Assembly (NCBI RefSeq): GCF_001194135.2
Contig: NC_068981.1
Span: forward strand, 92,925,248-92,989,247
Reading direction: 5' to 3'
DNA: 64,000 nucleotides
Source: Octopus bimaculoides
Taxonomy: Eukaryota
Below are positions 1 to 11,814 of this stretch, in pieces. The notes below the pieces were generated by a model that was given only the letters and a program-made list of their open reading frames with translations, searched no databases and was not told the origin of the DNA. Both the position numbers and the translations under genes were made by a program. Each line of letters opens with the position of its first letter. Position 1 is the stretch's first letter.

Positions 1-2880
1 ACAACAGTCTTTATACCAGAGATATGTACTCCTTTAGCTGCCCACAATTTACGTATCTACCATATACAGATCACAAAGTCCATAAACAGGGATCCGGTTA
101 CTGGAAGTTGAACAAGACACTATTAGCTTTCGAAACATACCGTAACCAGATTAAGGAGTTAGTCATTCGGGCACTCGCTGGTACCATTTTGAATAACCGG
201 TGGTGGGTGGACCTCAAAAGAGCCATTCGACTTGAGTCTATTAGATTTAGCAAACAGTTAAGTCTAGAGCAGGCTAGAGTAGAGGTATCTCTAGTTAAGA
301 CATTAGAAGAGGCGGTGCGAGCGGGCTCTGCACCCCAAGTTTTGGTCGCGAGATCGGCCTTTGACCGACACCTCAAGACCAAACACGAAGGTTGCAGAGT
401 CCGGGCTAATATAGGTGCACTGGGTCGCGAGGGCATCAACGTTACCGGGTGGGCTCGCTCAGTAGAAACCCAACCATGGGGGATGCCCTTCCGGATTTTC
501 TGGCCGCGGCCCGTATTTCTCGGCACGCGAGGCGGAGTGCTGTGAAGGGCCGATCACAGCTGTGGAGAGGACAGAGGTACTTTTCGGGTGTGCCGGGGAC
601 AGGTCGCCGGGACTAGATGGCCTTCCCTATTGTACAAGGTATGCCAGACTTGTTCGGGAACATACTGGCCGGTGTATACGCAAACTGGCAGCAGAGCTGG
701 AGGATTCCCAAATCTGTGAGTAGCGACACTGATCAAGAAAGACCCGAGCAAGGCGAATGACATTAGTAAGTATAGGCCCATAACTCTGCTAAACACAGAG
801 TTAAATATTTTGGCAAAAGCGCTAGACAAGAGAGTGAGCCTTGTCGAGGTCGACCTGGTGGGAGAAGCACAGACATGTGCCATCCTAGGCAGAACATTAC
901 AAGACAACCTTCACCTCATACGCTACACTATAGAGCGGGTGGTTAAAATTTCTGGCAAAGGTGGCACTGGTGAATTTAGACCAGTCTAAGACATTCGATA
1001 GGGTTGACCATCGGTATCTGGCGGCAGTCTTCCGGGCGGTCGGATTAGGCCCAACTTTCCGCGGATGTATAGCGACATCAATTCAATCGTCCGGGTGATC
1101 GGTTTCTGCTCGAAGCCGTTCGCAATCGAACGTTCAATTCGCCAGGGATGCTCCCTGTCCCCACTCCTGTATGTGCTGGCTCTTGAACCACTGCTGCGGA
1201 GGCTGGAGGCTACGCGAGTGACCAACGTGGTCTATGTTACGGTAGGAGGGTGACAGCATATGCGGATGATTTCACCATCATCGTGTCTGATGAAAGGTAG
1301 CTGCCATGTGTAGAAAACGCCATCAAAGGATACGAGGCGGTGGCAAGAGCAAAAGTCAGCCATGAAAAATCAGCCGGCTTGCAACTCGGCACATGGAGGG
1401 GCAAGTCGATGCCTCCCAATAGTGTCGTATGATGTTGGACGGAGGGCCCGGTTAAATTGCTTGGGGTCTGGTTTAGACCAGATCTCTAGATAGACAAAAA
1501 CTGGAGCGAGGTCACGGACAAAGTGGCGACCATAACCCAGACTTGGTTTGGGAGGTCGCTATCCTTGCTAGGTAGGGCCGAGGTTGCCAATTGATTATAG
1601 CATCTGCGATAACCTACCGCCTAACCGTTGTGCCTTGCCCCGAGGTGTGGCTAACCAAGTTGGAATGGATCCTCTTCCACTTTTTGTGGAAAGAAAAACA
1701 ACCACTTGTAAGGCGCTCCATCTGCTGCCAGAAACCGTTAAAGGGTGGGCTAGGAATGCCTTGGCTGATAATGCACATGTATGCGCTGAGGCTGACACAC
1801 CTCTGGCTCTACCTGCATGGTGAGTAGGTGTGTAGTTCTTCCTTCCACAATTGATGTCCCTGCGGGACGTAAGAGCCTGGACCACGTGGAGACCGAAATA
1901 GGCGAATGGAATTGAGAGTTCAGACATGCACTCGCTCTGTTCTCTCGGGTGAGCAATACCGGCAACGAGGCTACAACTGCGGATGTTTATAGCGGGTTGG
2001 TAGAGCACATGTCCGACGACGTCCTGGGGGAGAATCTGGGCTTCGACGAGGAACAGCTTATCAGCCTGTTCAGAAGAACATTCCAGCCGGGGTATCTGGA
2101 AAACTTTCGGAAATCCTTGGCCTGGTTATGCTACCAATCGGGCTTGCCAGTTCGAGAGAGGTTGTCAAGGCATGGCGCTGATATCCCACCCACATGCCCG
2201 AGGTGCGGGCGTGTCAGTGAAACTGTCACGCACGCCTTCATACATTGTGAGGAACTAAGAGAACTGGTAGCCTATGTCGAACAACTGGTGTCAGATACGG
2301 AAAGAGTACGGTTATCGACTGAGTCTATCATTAAGATTGTGCCGTCTCCCTCTTGTAACAAGGAAAAGGAGGCGTCATTTTTCTGCGTAGTAGCCGTATT
2401 GGAAGAGACAGTATGGGTTACGCCTGGAAGAGACAGGCAACTTCATCGCCGGACATGGGTTGGTCAATTTCTTTAACTATCTCCTCTCCAGAAAGATCAG
2501 TCTAGGGAAGAGAAGCCTGTCTCGAAGAGCGTTTGAAAAAAGATGGATAAATGTCGTAAGGAAGTTGAGAGTAAATGGGACCACGCTAGTGTAGCCCGTC
2601 TGAACGTAAAACAAGGAAATTACGAAAGGAAAAACTGAAATTAAAAAAAGGGGCTATTATAAAAAAGTTATTAAAAAAAATAGAAAAATCAGTGGGTCGA
2701 ATACGAACCCGGAAATATCATCAGATAAATTCATTTCGATTTCATTATACTGTGTATTTTCATCCGATTTCATTATATTTGATTTTGAACTAAGGTATAA
2801 CCCCAGCACTTAATTGTTTCTGTGGTGTCATTGTGCTGTCCCCTCTGTATCATGGCCTGTGTGCCAAATAAAAGAAAATT
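1..2880 (+). mobile_element. Decayed L1/Tx1-clade non-LTR retrotransposon: end of APE endonuclease, RT, C-terminal CCHC and 3' UTR. Runs off the window start.
   Basis: Frame-shifted pieces read GSGYWKLNKTLL, KYRPITLLNTELNILAKAL, QGCSLSPLLYVLALEPLLRRL, AYADDF (~1256-1273) and CPRCGRVSETVTHAFIHC. The 3' end reads TGTCCC...CCTGTGTGCCAAATAAAAGAAA (~2836-2877). Confidence 0.9.
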
Positions 2881-3229
2881 AGGGATACATGTGGTGTTCG
2901 TCGGGTATGTTGAGTTTTGTTCATTTTTATATATCTTGACTATGCTTGCACTGACGATTAGAAGTGTTGAATTTTGTGCACTAATTATGAAATCATATTA
3001 TATGCAGCTGAGTCTGATTTTAAAAGGCTCGCTTCGAGAGTTGCATTCCCTCGCGTTCAGTACAATGTGTTTATTACTTTAAGAGTCCCTCCTAGTGTGA
3101 GGCATTTATGTATAGCAATGCCCTTAAGATATATATAAATATATTAATAGGGAATAATTAATAAATTTTCCCTTGTGAGGTTTTTCACGCTAACTACTTG
3201 ATAAATTCTTATAAAGATGTTATCCTATA

Positions 3230-4780
3230 TTTAAATCATATATCATGGGTCGATTTCTATGAGAATTTTGATGGCTCTCCAGGCCTGCACGTCTCAAACA
3301 TCTCCGCCCATGAACCACACACATAAAAAGCAACACTCTCACTTTCCACAGATTCCCCTTTCTAAGCCCTCTCCTAATTCTCTCATACTTCACTCTCACC
3401 CTCTCAAACCTTGAATAACCATCATGCACTATCTTCCTCTGCCCATCACGGTATTGTGCCTCCCTCTTCCAATTACCAGTTGCAATTCCTGTCTGTACTA
3501 GAGCATTTTTAAGGCAATCCTTAAACCTTAGTTTAGGCTTATGCACTGACTCCTGCCATCTTCCTGCTCACCATACAATAGCTGCTTGGTCAGTCACTCA
3601 TCACTCATCCTTACCAAATGTCCCCCCCACCACCACCACATCAAACGTCTTTGCAAAATCATTGACTCTATACTTCTACTGCCACTCTTCTCAAGCAATT
3701 TCCAGTTTATCCCCAAAATTTTTCTCAGACAGCATTGATGAAATCATTCCAATTGCCTTACCTGCCTACGGTAAACAACCCATGCCTCACTTCCATATAG
3801 CAAAGATGGAAGGACACATGTGTTATATACCTTCACTTTAATTTGTGAAGATATATTATGTTGTTTCCACAGACGCCTATCAAGCCTACCAAAAAGCACT
3901 ACTAGCCCTGCTGATTCTGTATGAAATTTCATCATCAAGACCAGCAGTGTTCAAGGTACTTCCTAAATAAATAAATCTAGGTACAGTCACCAACCTTTGA
4001 CCATTCACAGTTATAAAAGGTTCCATATACATCTTGGAGGGAGCGGGCTGGTACATTATAACAGTTTTTTTTAGATTGATTGTTAGACCCAATGCTGCAC
4101 ATGCTGCAGAAATCACATTCACTATGTGTTGCATATGTTTCTGTGACCAACAGGTCACAATCAACTGCATATAGAAACTCAGCAAGGTGAAAATGCAGAA
4201 CTTCCGTTTTAGCACCGAGTCTTTTGAGATTGAACAGTTTTCCTGTTGTCCTATATCTTATATAGATCCCTTCAGAGCAATCTTTAAAAGCTAGTTGAAA
4301 GTTTAATGCGAAATACCTCCTGCATTAACTCTCGCTTCCACCTTGTCATGACATTGTCTAAGTATTCTCAAACATTTTTCAGGGCATGCTAGCTTTTTTA
4401 GGATCTCCCAAAGTGCAATTCTATTGATAGAATCCAACGCTTTTGTTAGGTCAATGAAAACCTGGTATAAGTCCATATCCTGTTCGATACACTTCTCTTG
4501 CAAATTTCTAGCCGAAAATATCATATCCATAGTACTCCTACTAACCCTAAACCCACATTGCTATTCTGGTAGAACCTCATCAGTAATGTGCAGAAGCAAT
4601 CTATCCAGCATTTCCCTACAGAGGACTTTTCCAGCAACAGCTAACAGACAGATGCCGCGATAATTTTCACAGACTTCTTTTCCACATTTAGATTTATACA
4701 GTATCTCCATAGTTGCATCACCCCAATCTGGAGCATACGCTTCACTTTGCCAAACCCTCTGAATCACATCCGTCAATATT
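3230..4780 (-). mobile_element. Decayed, 5'-truncated RTE-clade (BovB-like) LINE: RT and C-terminus
   Basis: Successive - strand ORFs read NYRGICLLAVAGKVL, DMIFSARNLQEKCIEQDMDLYQVFIDLTKALDS, LGLTINLKKTVIMYQP, FIYLGSTL, KVYNTCVLPSLLYGSEAW and KPKLRFKDCLK. Confidence 0.9.
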
Positions 4781-6319
4781 TTAACATTTTGTATAATGGT
4801 CTACATTGCACTTGGGTGGGCGTCTATATAAGATTCTGTCGTTAGAATTTGTGTGCATTAAATTACTTATGATTCTACAATACACAAAATATTTTAACAA
4901 TTTCTTTTTATACATTTCCTAATACTGAATTATAAAAAATGAGTGTATTATTTTAACATCGGCGTCATTATCTTAACATGTACGTCTACCTGAGTAAAAT
5001 AGGAATCAAAGTGTTCATATATAAAAACAAAAACGGTTGAGAACCACGGCTCTTGGCCGTGTAAGTCTGGAGTCAAGCATATAAAATGTTGTTGAAGACC
5101 CAAACCTCAGTATAACCTACAAACAATGTGGAGTTTTAAGATCCAATTCTAGAACCAATGACAATCTATAAATTGTTGGTAGATTTGAAACTGGCGCATG
5201 AATACAGCACAACAGGTATTTCGAACTGTCCGACGTGTCTAGTGCTGTATGTATTGTGACTCTTCTCATGTATTGATATATTTTGAGTCTCTGAAATCTT
5301 CGTTAGGATTGGAGTATATCCGATTAAGCATGCATTGCAGCAAAATAGTATTTTACTAATGAAATGTATAATATATTAAATAAACATCAAGGGTTCTCTT
5401 TAAGACTTTGTTGTTAGAATTTTTAGCATGTTAGGTTGGAATGACTTGATGCAAAATACTAGAATACCACAAGCATCCTAAACTTAGGTTTCGATCTTCA
5501 GTTTGTTATCCACTTCAGTTGCTAAAGGTAACATAATTTCGTTAGATATGTTTGTTGAATGAAACAATTTCAGCTGGATTACAGCGCTCTTGACAAATGT
5601 ATTAAGATAGTAGTTTCTTAATTATTATCGATTTAGTATATACATATTCTTTAATAATTAAATGGAAAATAATACATTATTATAAATAATCAGAATGCAG
5701 TATAATCTTTTTGTGTAGAGTTGTAATAGGGATATGAAAGCGCCGACCTAAATACATTTCAATGTGTAGTTTCCTCAGTTATAATTCAATCCATTACCGA
5801 CATCAAATATAATTTTTGCCATTGAGCAAATGATAATCATTGTTATTTATCCATAATAGTAAATGCACACATACATTCAGCATGTTTGAACGGATAATTC
5901 ATATTAAGACTGTAATAGAATATCATTATTACGGTGCATTAAGAGTTACTTGCAGAAATCTAAAGCTTTCAAAGAGACTAATATTAGCTTAATATCCGAA
6001 CAACGGTATCCGTCAGTCTAGAGCTTTCATATTATAAGGCTACATAGTTTATCATTAAATAATCATGATTTGTTTTATAGTCAATTTATGCACTTGAGGT
6101 CATAAGAGTTGAGTATATTTAGGATTGCTATTTATTTGAATGTCAATTGATATATTATTCATCGAAAGCAATTACACTTATCCAATGAAATGTTTGGTAC
6201 TATTTCCAGAAACACAAATTCGGTTAATTCGTCTACCCATTTAGCTATATCTAACTGACAAATAAATTCAATACACTGTAACTCCTCGACCTTACTTTTT
6301 TTATCTTGTTTTGTATCAG

Positions 6320-6391
6320 AGTTTGTGAACAAAGGGGTGTATTTGGTAATAGGTTTTGGACGAAACATTTACCGCTTTGTTGGCAACAGTG
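6320..6391 (+). CDS. Candidate internal exon (72 nt, phase 1-1) of an unidentified spliced gene
   Basis: Strong acceptor cttacttttttatcttgttttgtatcAG and donor G|GTAAGG. Open frame (E)FVNKGVYLVIGFGRNIYRFVGNS. Confidence 0.55.
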
Positions 6392-6515
6392 GTAAGGAAG
6401 TGTCTTTGCAAAGTGCTGCAACAAATGGTATTAGAATTCTTTGTCGGTTTTCCTTCTGACACACACAAACACATATAGATAAAAAGATAGATAGATAGAC
6501 AGATAGATAGATACA

Positions 6516-7118
6516 TTTCTTTTATTAGCCACACAGGGCTCAACAAAGATGGGACAAATACAATGTAGAGCTTTTCTTTTGGGGAGGGGGAAGGAAAAAA
6601 AATAGGGGTGTGTCGATCAAAAGGGATCGTAGGAAGGGAAAAGGAGGGAGTTCGATCAAAAGGGATCGAAAAAAAAACGATCAATAGGGATCGTGTATCA
6701 CAGTCATGTTCTTGTGTAAAAAGAGGGGAGGACAGTTTAGGTTTAGCCGTGGAAAGAAAAGCCTACGGAAAAGACCACGGTAACCTTGGTCAATATTGTC
6801 ATTGAAGAAATTATAACAGTAAGTCACTCTCTTTTGCCTTTTTGTTTTTCTTTTTCTAGTTCATAGGGTTATGCTCATGGTGGCTCCGTCATTCACACGT
6901 GCCATCCTTGCTACATTCACCCATCTTTTTTTTAAGCATTTACTAGACAAGACTTCCCTTTCTACTCTCACCTTCCTCTTCAGGTGATACTTGAAGAAGT
7001 TGATGAGAGATTGCCCAGAGAGGAAAGTCTTTGTCTCTAGACCTTTCAGACGCGTCCACCATACACATTCTTTCGCCATAGCCACAAGTACGATGAAAAT
7101 AGCTCTTCCTTCCCGTTT
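6516..7118 (-). mobile_element. 5'-truncated L1/Tx1-type LINE 3' end embedded in a (GATA)n tract
   Basis: ORF 6861-7229 ends KYHLKRKVRVEREVLSSKCLKKRWVNVARMARVN, resembling the C-terminus of the first element (RKISLGKRSLSRRAFEKRWINVVRKLRVN). Its 3' end TGTCCC...CCCTGTGTGGCTAATAAAAGAAA matches that element's 3' end. Confidence 0.8.
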
Positions 7119-7173
<55 letters not shown>

Positions 7174-7289
7174 TACTGATGCATATATTTTATGTGTGTA
7201 TATGTATGTATAAAGTACTGTGCAGCCACTCATCATTCCCGGACGAGTAGATCTTGGTAAAATGTCCAATATTTTGCTTATCGTTTTAG

Positions 7290-7421
7290 GTAACTATGAA
7301 GTGGCAACCAGGTATAAACATTATCCCGATCGTTTCAGCAGAATAAAACATCTAAACTGTATAGATAGAGGAAGAGAGGATTACATCAGAATCCAGCTGT
7401 TACTAGTTGCTTCTAAGTACG
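7290..7421 (+). CDS. Candidate internal exon (132 nt, phase 1-1) of the same gene
   Basis: Good acceptor attttgcttatcgttttAG. Open frame GNYEVATRYKHYPDRFSRIKHLNCIDRGREDYIRIQLLLVASKY. The donor G|GTAGCG is weak, so the 3' boundary is uncertain. Confidence 0.4.
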
Positions 7422-7521
7422 GTAGCGGTCGAAAAATCAAGTGCTTTTTTCAAGGACACAATGTACAGTCCTGTGCAGAAATTGGATTCACCATGCCTTT
7501 ATGATCAGAAACGGAACACGG

Positions 7522-8135
7522 TCTCTGCAAAGTCACGTATCCCCAGACAGACACTTACACACACACGGACAGAAATATGATTTATAGAAATATTCCTTGA
7601 GTTACGAAAACTCTAGTTACAGAATTACACTTTGGGAGCAATTCTTATGTATGACGTCTAATACTGCGAGACGGCCTGAAAATTCCTTCAATGCTATGAT
7701 CTCTGATCGTAGTTTTCTTTTTTTTATATAATTTCTCTTAGTATAAATTTCTTGTCTCTCAATAATGATGTTGAACTTCACTACATATAATTTATAGTAC
7801 AATATTTCTCTTCAAGTAAAGTGTAAAGAGATTATTAAATGGATGTGAAGTTAGAAGTGCAAAAGAGAATAGCTTAAGGGTTTTCGTAAGATGTTAAGCT
7901 TCAAACTTTGCAAATGTTTGATGCAGAGGAAAATAAAAGGCCTTTTATAAAATTTCAAATTATAAAGTGGGGACAATACGTAACAGTGAAGCTAAAATAA
8001 AGACAAGTGCTGAAGTAGATATGGCGTTAAGTATCCCGACATTAATTTATCATAGGTATGGTATAATCTCTGCAAAGTCACGTATCCCCAGACAGACAGT
8101 TACACACACACGGACAGAAATATGATTTATAGAAA
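7522..8135. repeat. 69-bp direct repeat (7522-7590 and 8067-8135) bracketing ~476 bp
   Basis: TCTCTGCAAAGTCACGTATCCCCAGACAGACA[C/G]TTACACACACACGGACAGAAATATGATTTATAGAAA occurs twice with one mismatch. Confidence 0.9.
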
Positions 8136-8366
8136 GATTCTTTTTATGTGTGTGAGAGGCCTGACAATAAGAGTTTGCTTAATATGCTGTTAAAACAGTA
8201 AAGATAAAGATAAATGCACATTATTTACATTATTTACAATTGACGGATATTTGTCCTCATCTTGTTTGTTGTTAACACAACGTTCCGGCTTATATACCCT
8301 CCAGCCTTCATCAGGTGTCTTTGGGAAATTTCGAATTTGTGTTCTCATTCCTAATGTATTTTTCGA

Positions 8367-8397
<31 letters not shown>

Positions 8398-8399
8398 CT

Positions 8400-8532
8400 G
8401 TTCACTGCCTGGAAATCGAACTCGGAATCTTGGGTTTAGCAGCCCGCGCTCTTAACCACTACCCCATATGGCGTAGTGGTTAAGAGCGCGGGCTATTAAC
8501 TCCAAGATTGCGAGTTCGATTCCAGGCAGTGA

Positions 8533-8535
<3 letters not shown>
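8400..8535. promoter_or_regulatory. Two head-to-head tRNA-derived Pol III internal promoters (A and B boxes)
   Basis: The + arm has A box TGGCGTAGTGG (8469-8479) and B box GAGTTCGATTCC (~8512-8523). The - arm is the mirror copy with a few substitutions. Confidence 0.75.
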
Positions 8536-8580
<45 letters not shown>

Positions 8581-8635
8581 CAACAACATCGAAAAATACC
8601 TTAGGAATGAGAACCCAAGTTCAGAATTTCCCCAA

Positions 8636-8681
8636 GACACCTGATGAAGGCTGGAGAATATATCAGCCGAAACGTTTTGTT
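8636..8681 (+). ncRNA. Minimal type I hammerhead ribozyme motif (best-preserved core in the window)
   Basis: GACAC (helix I) - CTGATGA - A - GGCTG/CAGCC (helix II) - GAAA - CG - TT - [T]TGTT. Other copies have GTGTT here, which pairs with GACAC. Confidence 0.7.
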
Positions 8682-9162
8682 AACAACAAACAAGATGAGA
8701 ACAAATGTCCGTCAACTGTACATAATGTAAATAACGTACATAATTCCGTATCTCTTAAATATAGAACTGTAAAGATAAATATTTGTGTATCGATTTATAC
8801 AGAAAGTGAAAGCTGAAAATTTGATGCAAAACATTTTCTGACAAGTAAACTTTGGTTTGAGAGGCCTTAATTTGCACAATATCAAAATGACCTGCGAAGC
8901 TGCTATCGCTGACACTTGGGGAAATGAAGAAAATGATTCCTGAGGGAAGCTATACACCAAACGTAGTGTACAATATTGACAGCTCATCATTCCTTTTGTG
9001 GAAAGAAATACCATTGTCATATAACATGAATGACTCTACTTATGTCTTACTACCATAACTCTATGGTTGTGATGAGTTTAATCTACGATTTGGTATTTAA
9101 ATTAGAATAACCACGAACGTGTATTTAAACTGGAGTACAAAACTTCTCGCTTCTTCGGAAAG

Positions 9163-9403
9163 GTGCAATGCACAGTGTAATATTTCTACGAGCGTTGGGG
9201 CATTCAGACGATACATCAAATTGCCGTGTGAACTTAAAGGACATCTCTGAGTATATGAGGGCTGAATATATTTCCAAGAATCCAACCTCAGCTCTCCAGC
9301 CAACAGATCAAATTGTAATTGATAAATATTTTGAGAAGAATTTTGAAACAATTTACAGAGGAGTAGCATACGAAAGGGACAATCTAATAATGTTAGAACA
9401 ACG
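9163..9403 (+). CDS. Candidate internal exon (241 nt, phase 1-2) of the same gene
   Basis: Stop-free non-repetitive frame GAMHSVIFLRALGH...ERDNLIMLEQR ending at the strong donor CG|GTAAGC. The acceptor cttctcgcttcttcggaaAG is less certain; an alternative AG at ~9135 is in the same phase. Confidence 0.65.
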
Positions 9404-9804
9404 GTAAGCTACAGGGCAAGGATGATTTAGAATATCCATCCATTCCAATTTACTGAAAAGCGAATAAAGCTAAGATTTCGCACTTATAAAGAAAGAGCTG
9501 CGGGTGTTTTATATGAACGAACCTAGTCGTGAATGTAACAAGAAAAATACAGCATTATGAGCTTAGTTAAAAGTGCTGTACGACAAATGTCAGCCAATTT
9601 TATAGAAGTTCGTCACTGGGCCAGCAGCGGCAACGAATGATGATGATCTGCAGAGGATAAAATAGTAAACGTCATTATCCCAGTATCTCACTATGTTCTT
9701 CCAGTCAATATCATTTTTGCTAAGTATGTTGTGTACTAGGATATTATTAAATTATTATTTTTATACACTCCTTCATGTATTTCCTTCAGATTTATGTATA
9801 TACA

Positions 9805-9966
9805 GGCGCAGGCGTGATGGTGTGGTAAAATGTTTTCTTCCAAACCACATCCTTTTCGGTTCAGTCTCACTTTATGGCACTTTGGTGAAGTGTCCTCTAG
9901 CATAGCCTCGGGCCGACTAAAGACTTGGTAGTGGATTTGTTAGACGGATACCGAAAGAAGCCCGTC

Positions 9967-10035
<69 letters not shown>

Positions 10036-10180
10036 CATGTCTGTGTATGTGTCTCTCCCCCTTCACTGCTTGACGATCGGCGTTAGTGTGTTTATACCTG
10101 CGTAACCTAATGTTTCGGTAAAGATACCGATAAGTACTAGGCTTTAAAACAATAAAGAAATCGTGGAGTCGATTCGTTAT
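9805..10180 (+). mobile_element. tRNA-derived SINE, family A, with internal (TA)n(GT)n
   Basis: Head GGTGTGGTAA...GGTTCAGTCTCA; body GCCTCGGGCCGAC...GTGGATTTGTTAGACGG is shared with the copies at 13570 and 63506. Confidence 0.75.
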
Positions 10181-10391
10181 GAATGTCTTCGGGAGTGTAA
10201 ATCCAAAGTATTTACAAAGAATACAGAGACTTGTACATCTTTATTTCGATTTAGCAGCTAATTATACACTATAATTTGTTAAAATGACCGACACATGTCT
10301 CTGCTGCATAGGATATCTGAAGTTCCATACGCAACACACAATATTCTGCTATGCACCTTCAGTCAGGGTCTCTCCACAAATATGCACATGT

Positions 10392-10432
<41 letters not shown>

Positions 10433-11379
10433 CGCGCGCGTATGTGTGTGCGTGTGTGTGTATGCATATATATATATATAAACCTTTAGTTAAATATATT
10501 CAATGAGAATACTGAATTTACATTAAGTGCTTTATTGTATCAAAGTATTAATACTATAAATGTATTTATACATGTAATACGAGCGATTATATGTAATATA
10601 TAAAATATAATATATTGTTAATAATATCAGGAAATTAATATCAGAAAATTCTTCAGAAAGATATATACATCTGTAGAGTAATTTTATTAGAAATATAAAT
10701 ATATATAAATATATGTAAATATGTATAATTATAAATATATAATACATATCACAGTTTAAAATTTAATAGCTTAAAATTAAGTTTTTAAAGAATCTTACGA
10801 TCGTTTCGCAAAAGTATTGTCTCTACAATGGAATCCTGTATTGATAAACATTTTTAGACAATAATTCTGCTCCTCAGAGATATAAAATGTGAAGTATAAT
10901 TTATGGAATGGTAGTCTTTTAATAATATGAAGTAATATAGGAAAATGGTGTTTGTTTGAAATATAAATTAAAAGTTACTGTTTTTGATTTTGGGAAGTAT
11001 ATGCGTCCTTGGTAAGTCCTGTACAGTAATCCATAATAATTTTGTATAAAATATTTCTTTATTGCCCAGAAGGGACGCACATAAATCGGACACTACAAGA
11101 CATGTGGGAAATATAAAATTTTAAATTATGACAATATGAACGAAAAATGATAATGAAAATGGAGCTACACACTCCACTTACGAGCAGCCCTATTTTCTAC
11201 CTTTTAAAGCCCGAACCTTCTAACATGTCAAAGCCCGTTTCCTCTATTAACCTGTCATATGTTGTGTAACTTGGAAGTAAGTCCCAGTCGAAGTCCAACT
11301 CTCAAGAACTATAACCATCGTTAAACGTAAGTATTATATTCTCCTGTTCTTTATTTGTGCACTTAAAATTTTCTCTCAG

Positions 11380-11423
11380 GTTGCAAGAGAATTTGCTCCA
11401 AAACGACGAAAATCGTCATTTTC
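11380..11423 (+). CDS. Candidate 44-nt exon (phase 2-1) of the same gene
   Basis: Acceptor aaattttctctcAG and donor C|GTATGT. Joins the 9163-9403 exon in frame: ...MLEQR|LQENLLQNDENRHF. Confidence 0.6.
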
Positions 11424-11814
11424 GTATGTCTTTTCCCCTCCGCATAACATCCTATGACTCTTATAATCGCTACGTTATCGCCTCTACACTCCAACCGTTT
11501 TTTGTTTTAGTATAAAATCTCTTTTCTCTAAATAAGTTTTTATTTACTTTTCAAACTTTTCTTTTCTTTCTTTTTTTCATAGTAATCCTTTACAATTCCC
11601 TTCTTAATGTTTCCATTAATTATATATTTACAGCTTTCCACTCATCTCACCAAACGATATTTGTTTGCATTATTGTTTCGTGAATGAATTTGATTACGCC
11701 TTCTATTATCTGGCCTATTTCTTGATTTCATTTTTCGTCTGAGAGAAATTAGGCATTGTAATGGGTTGGGAATATCATTGCCCTGGGTATAACCGAGTAC
11801 ATCANNNNNNNNNN

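Larger units (their letters stand above)
8219..8764. mobile_element. Palindromic tRNA-head / microsatellite / hammerhead element (copy 1): inverted truncated arm plus full arm, with a probable TSD
   Basis: 8219-8467 is the reverse complement of 8468-~8735, with symmetry centre CCATATGG. Flanking direct repeat AAC[A/T]GTAAAGATAAA at 8194-8208 and 8765-8779. Confidence 0.85.

Noticed and set aside
8400-8535. Two functional tRNA genes
   Set aside because: A and B boxes are present, but I cannot form an acceptor stem, the would-be anticodon loops differ between arms (CTATTAA vs CTGCTAA), and there is no poly-T terminator. Better explained as SINE heads.
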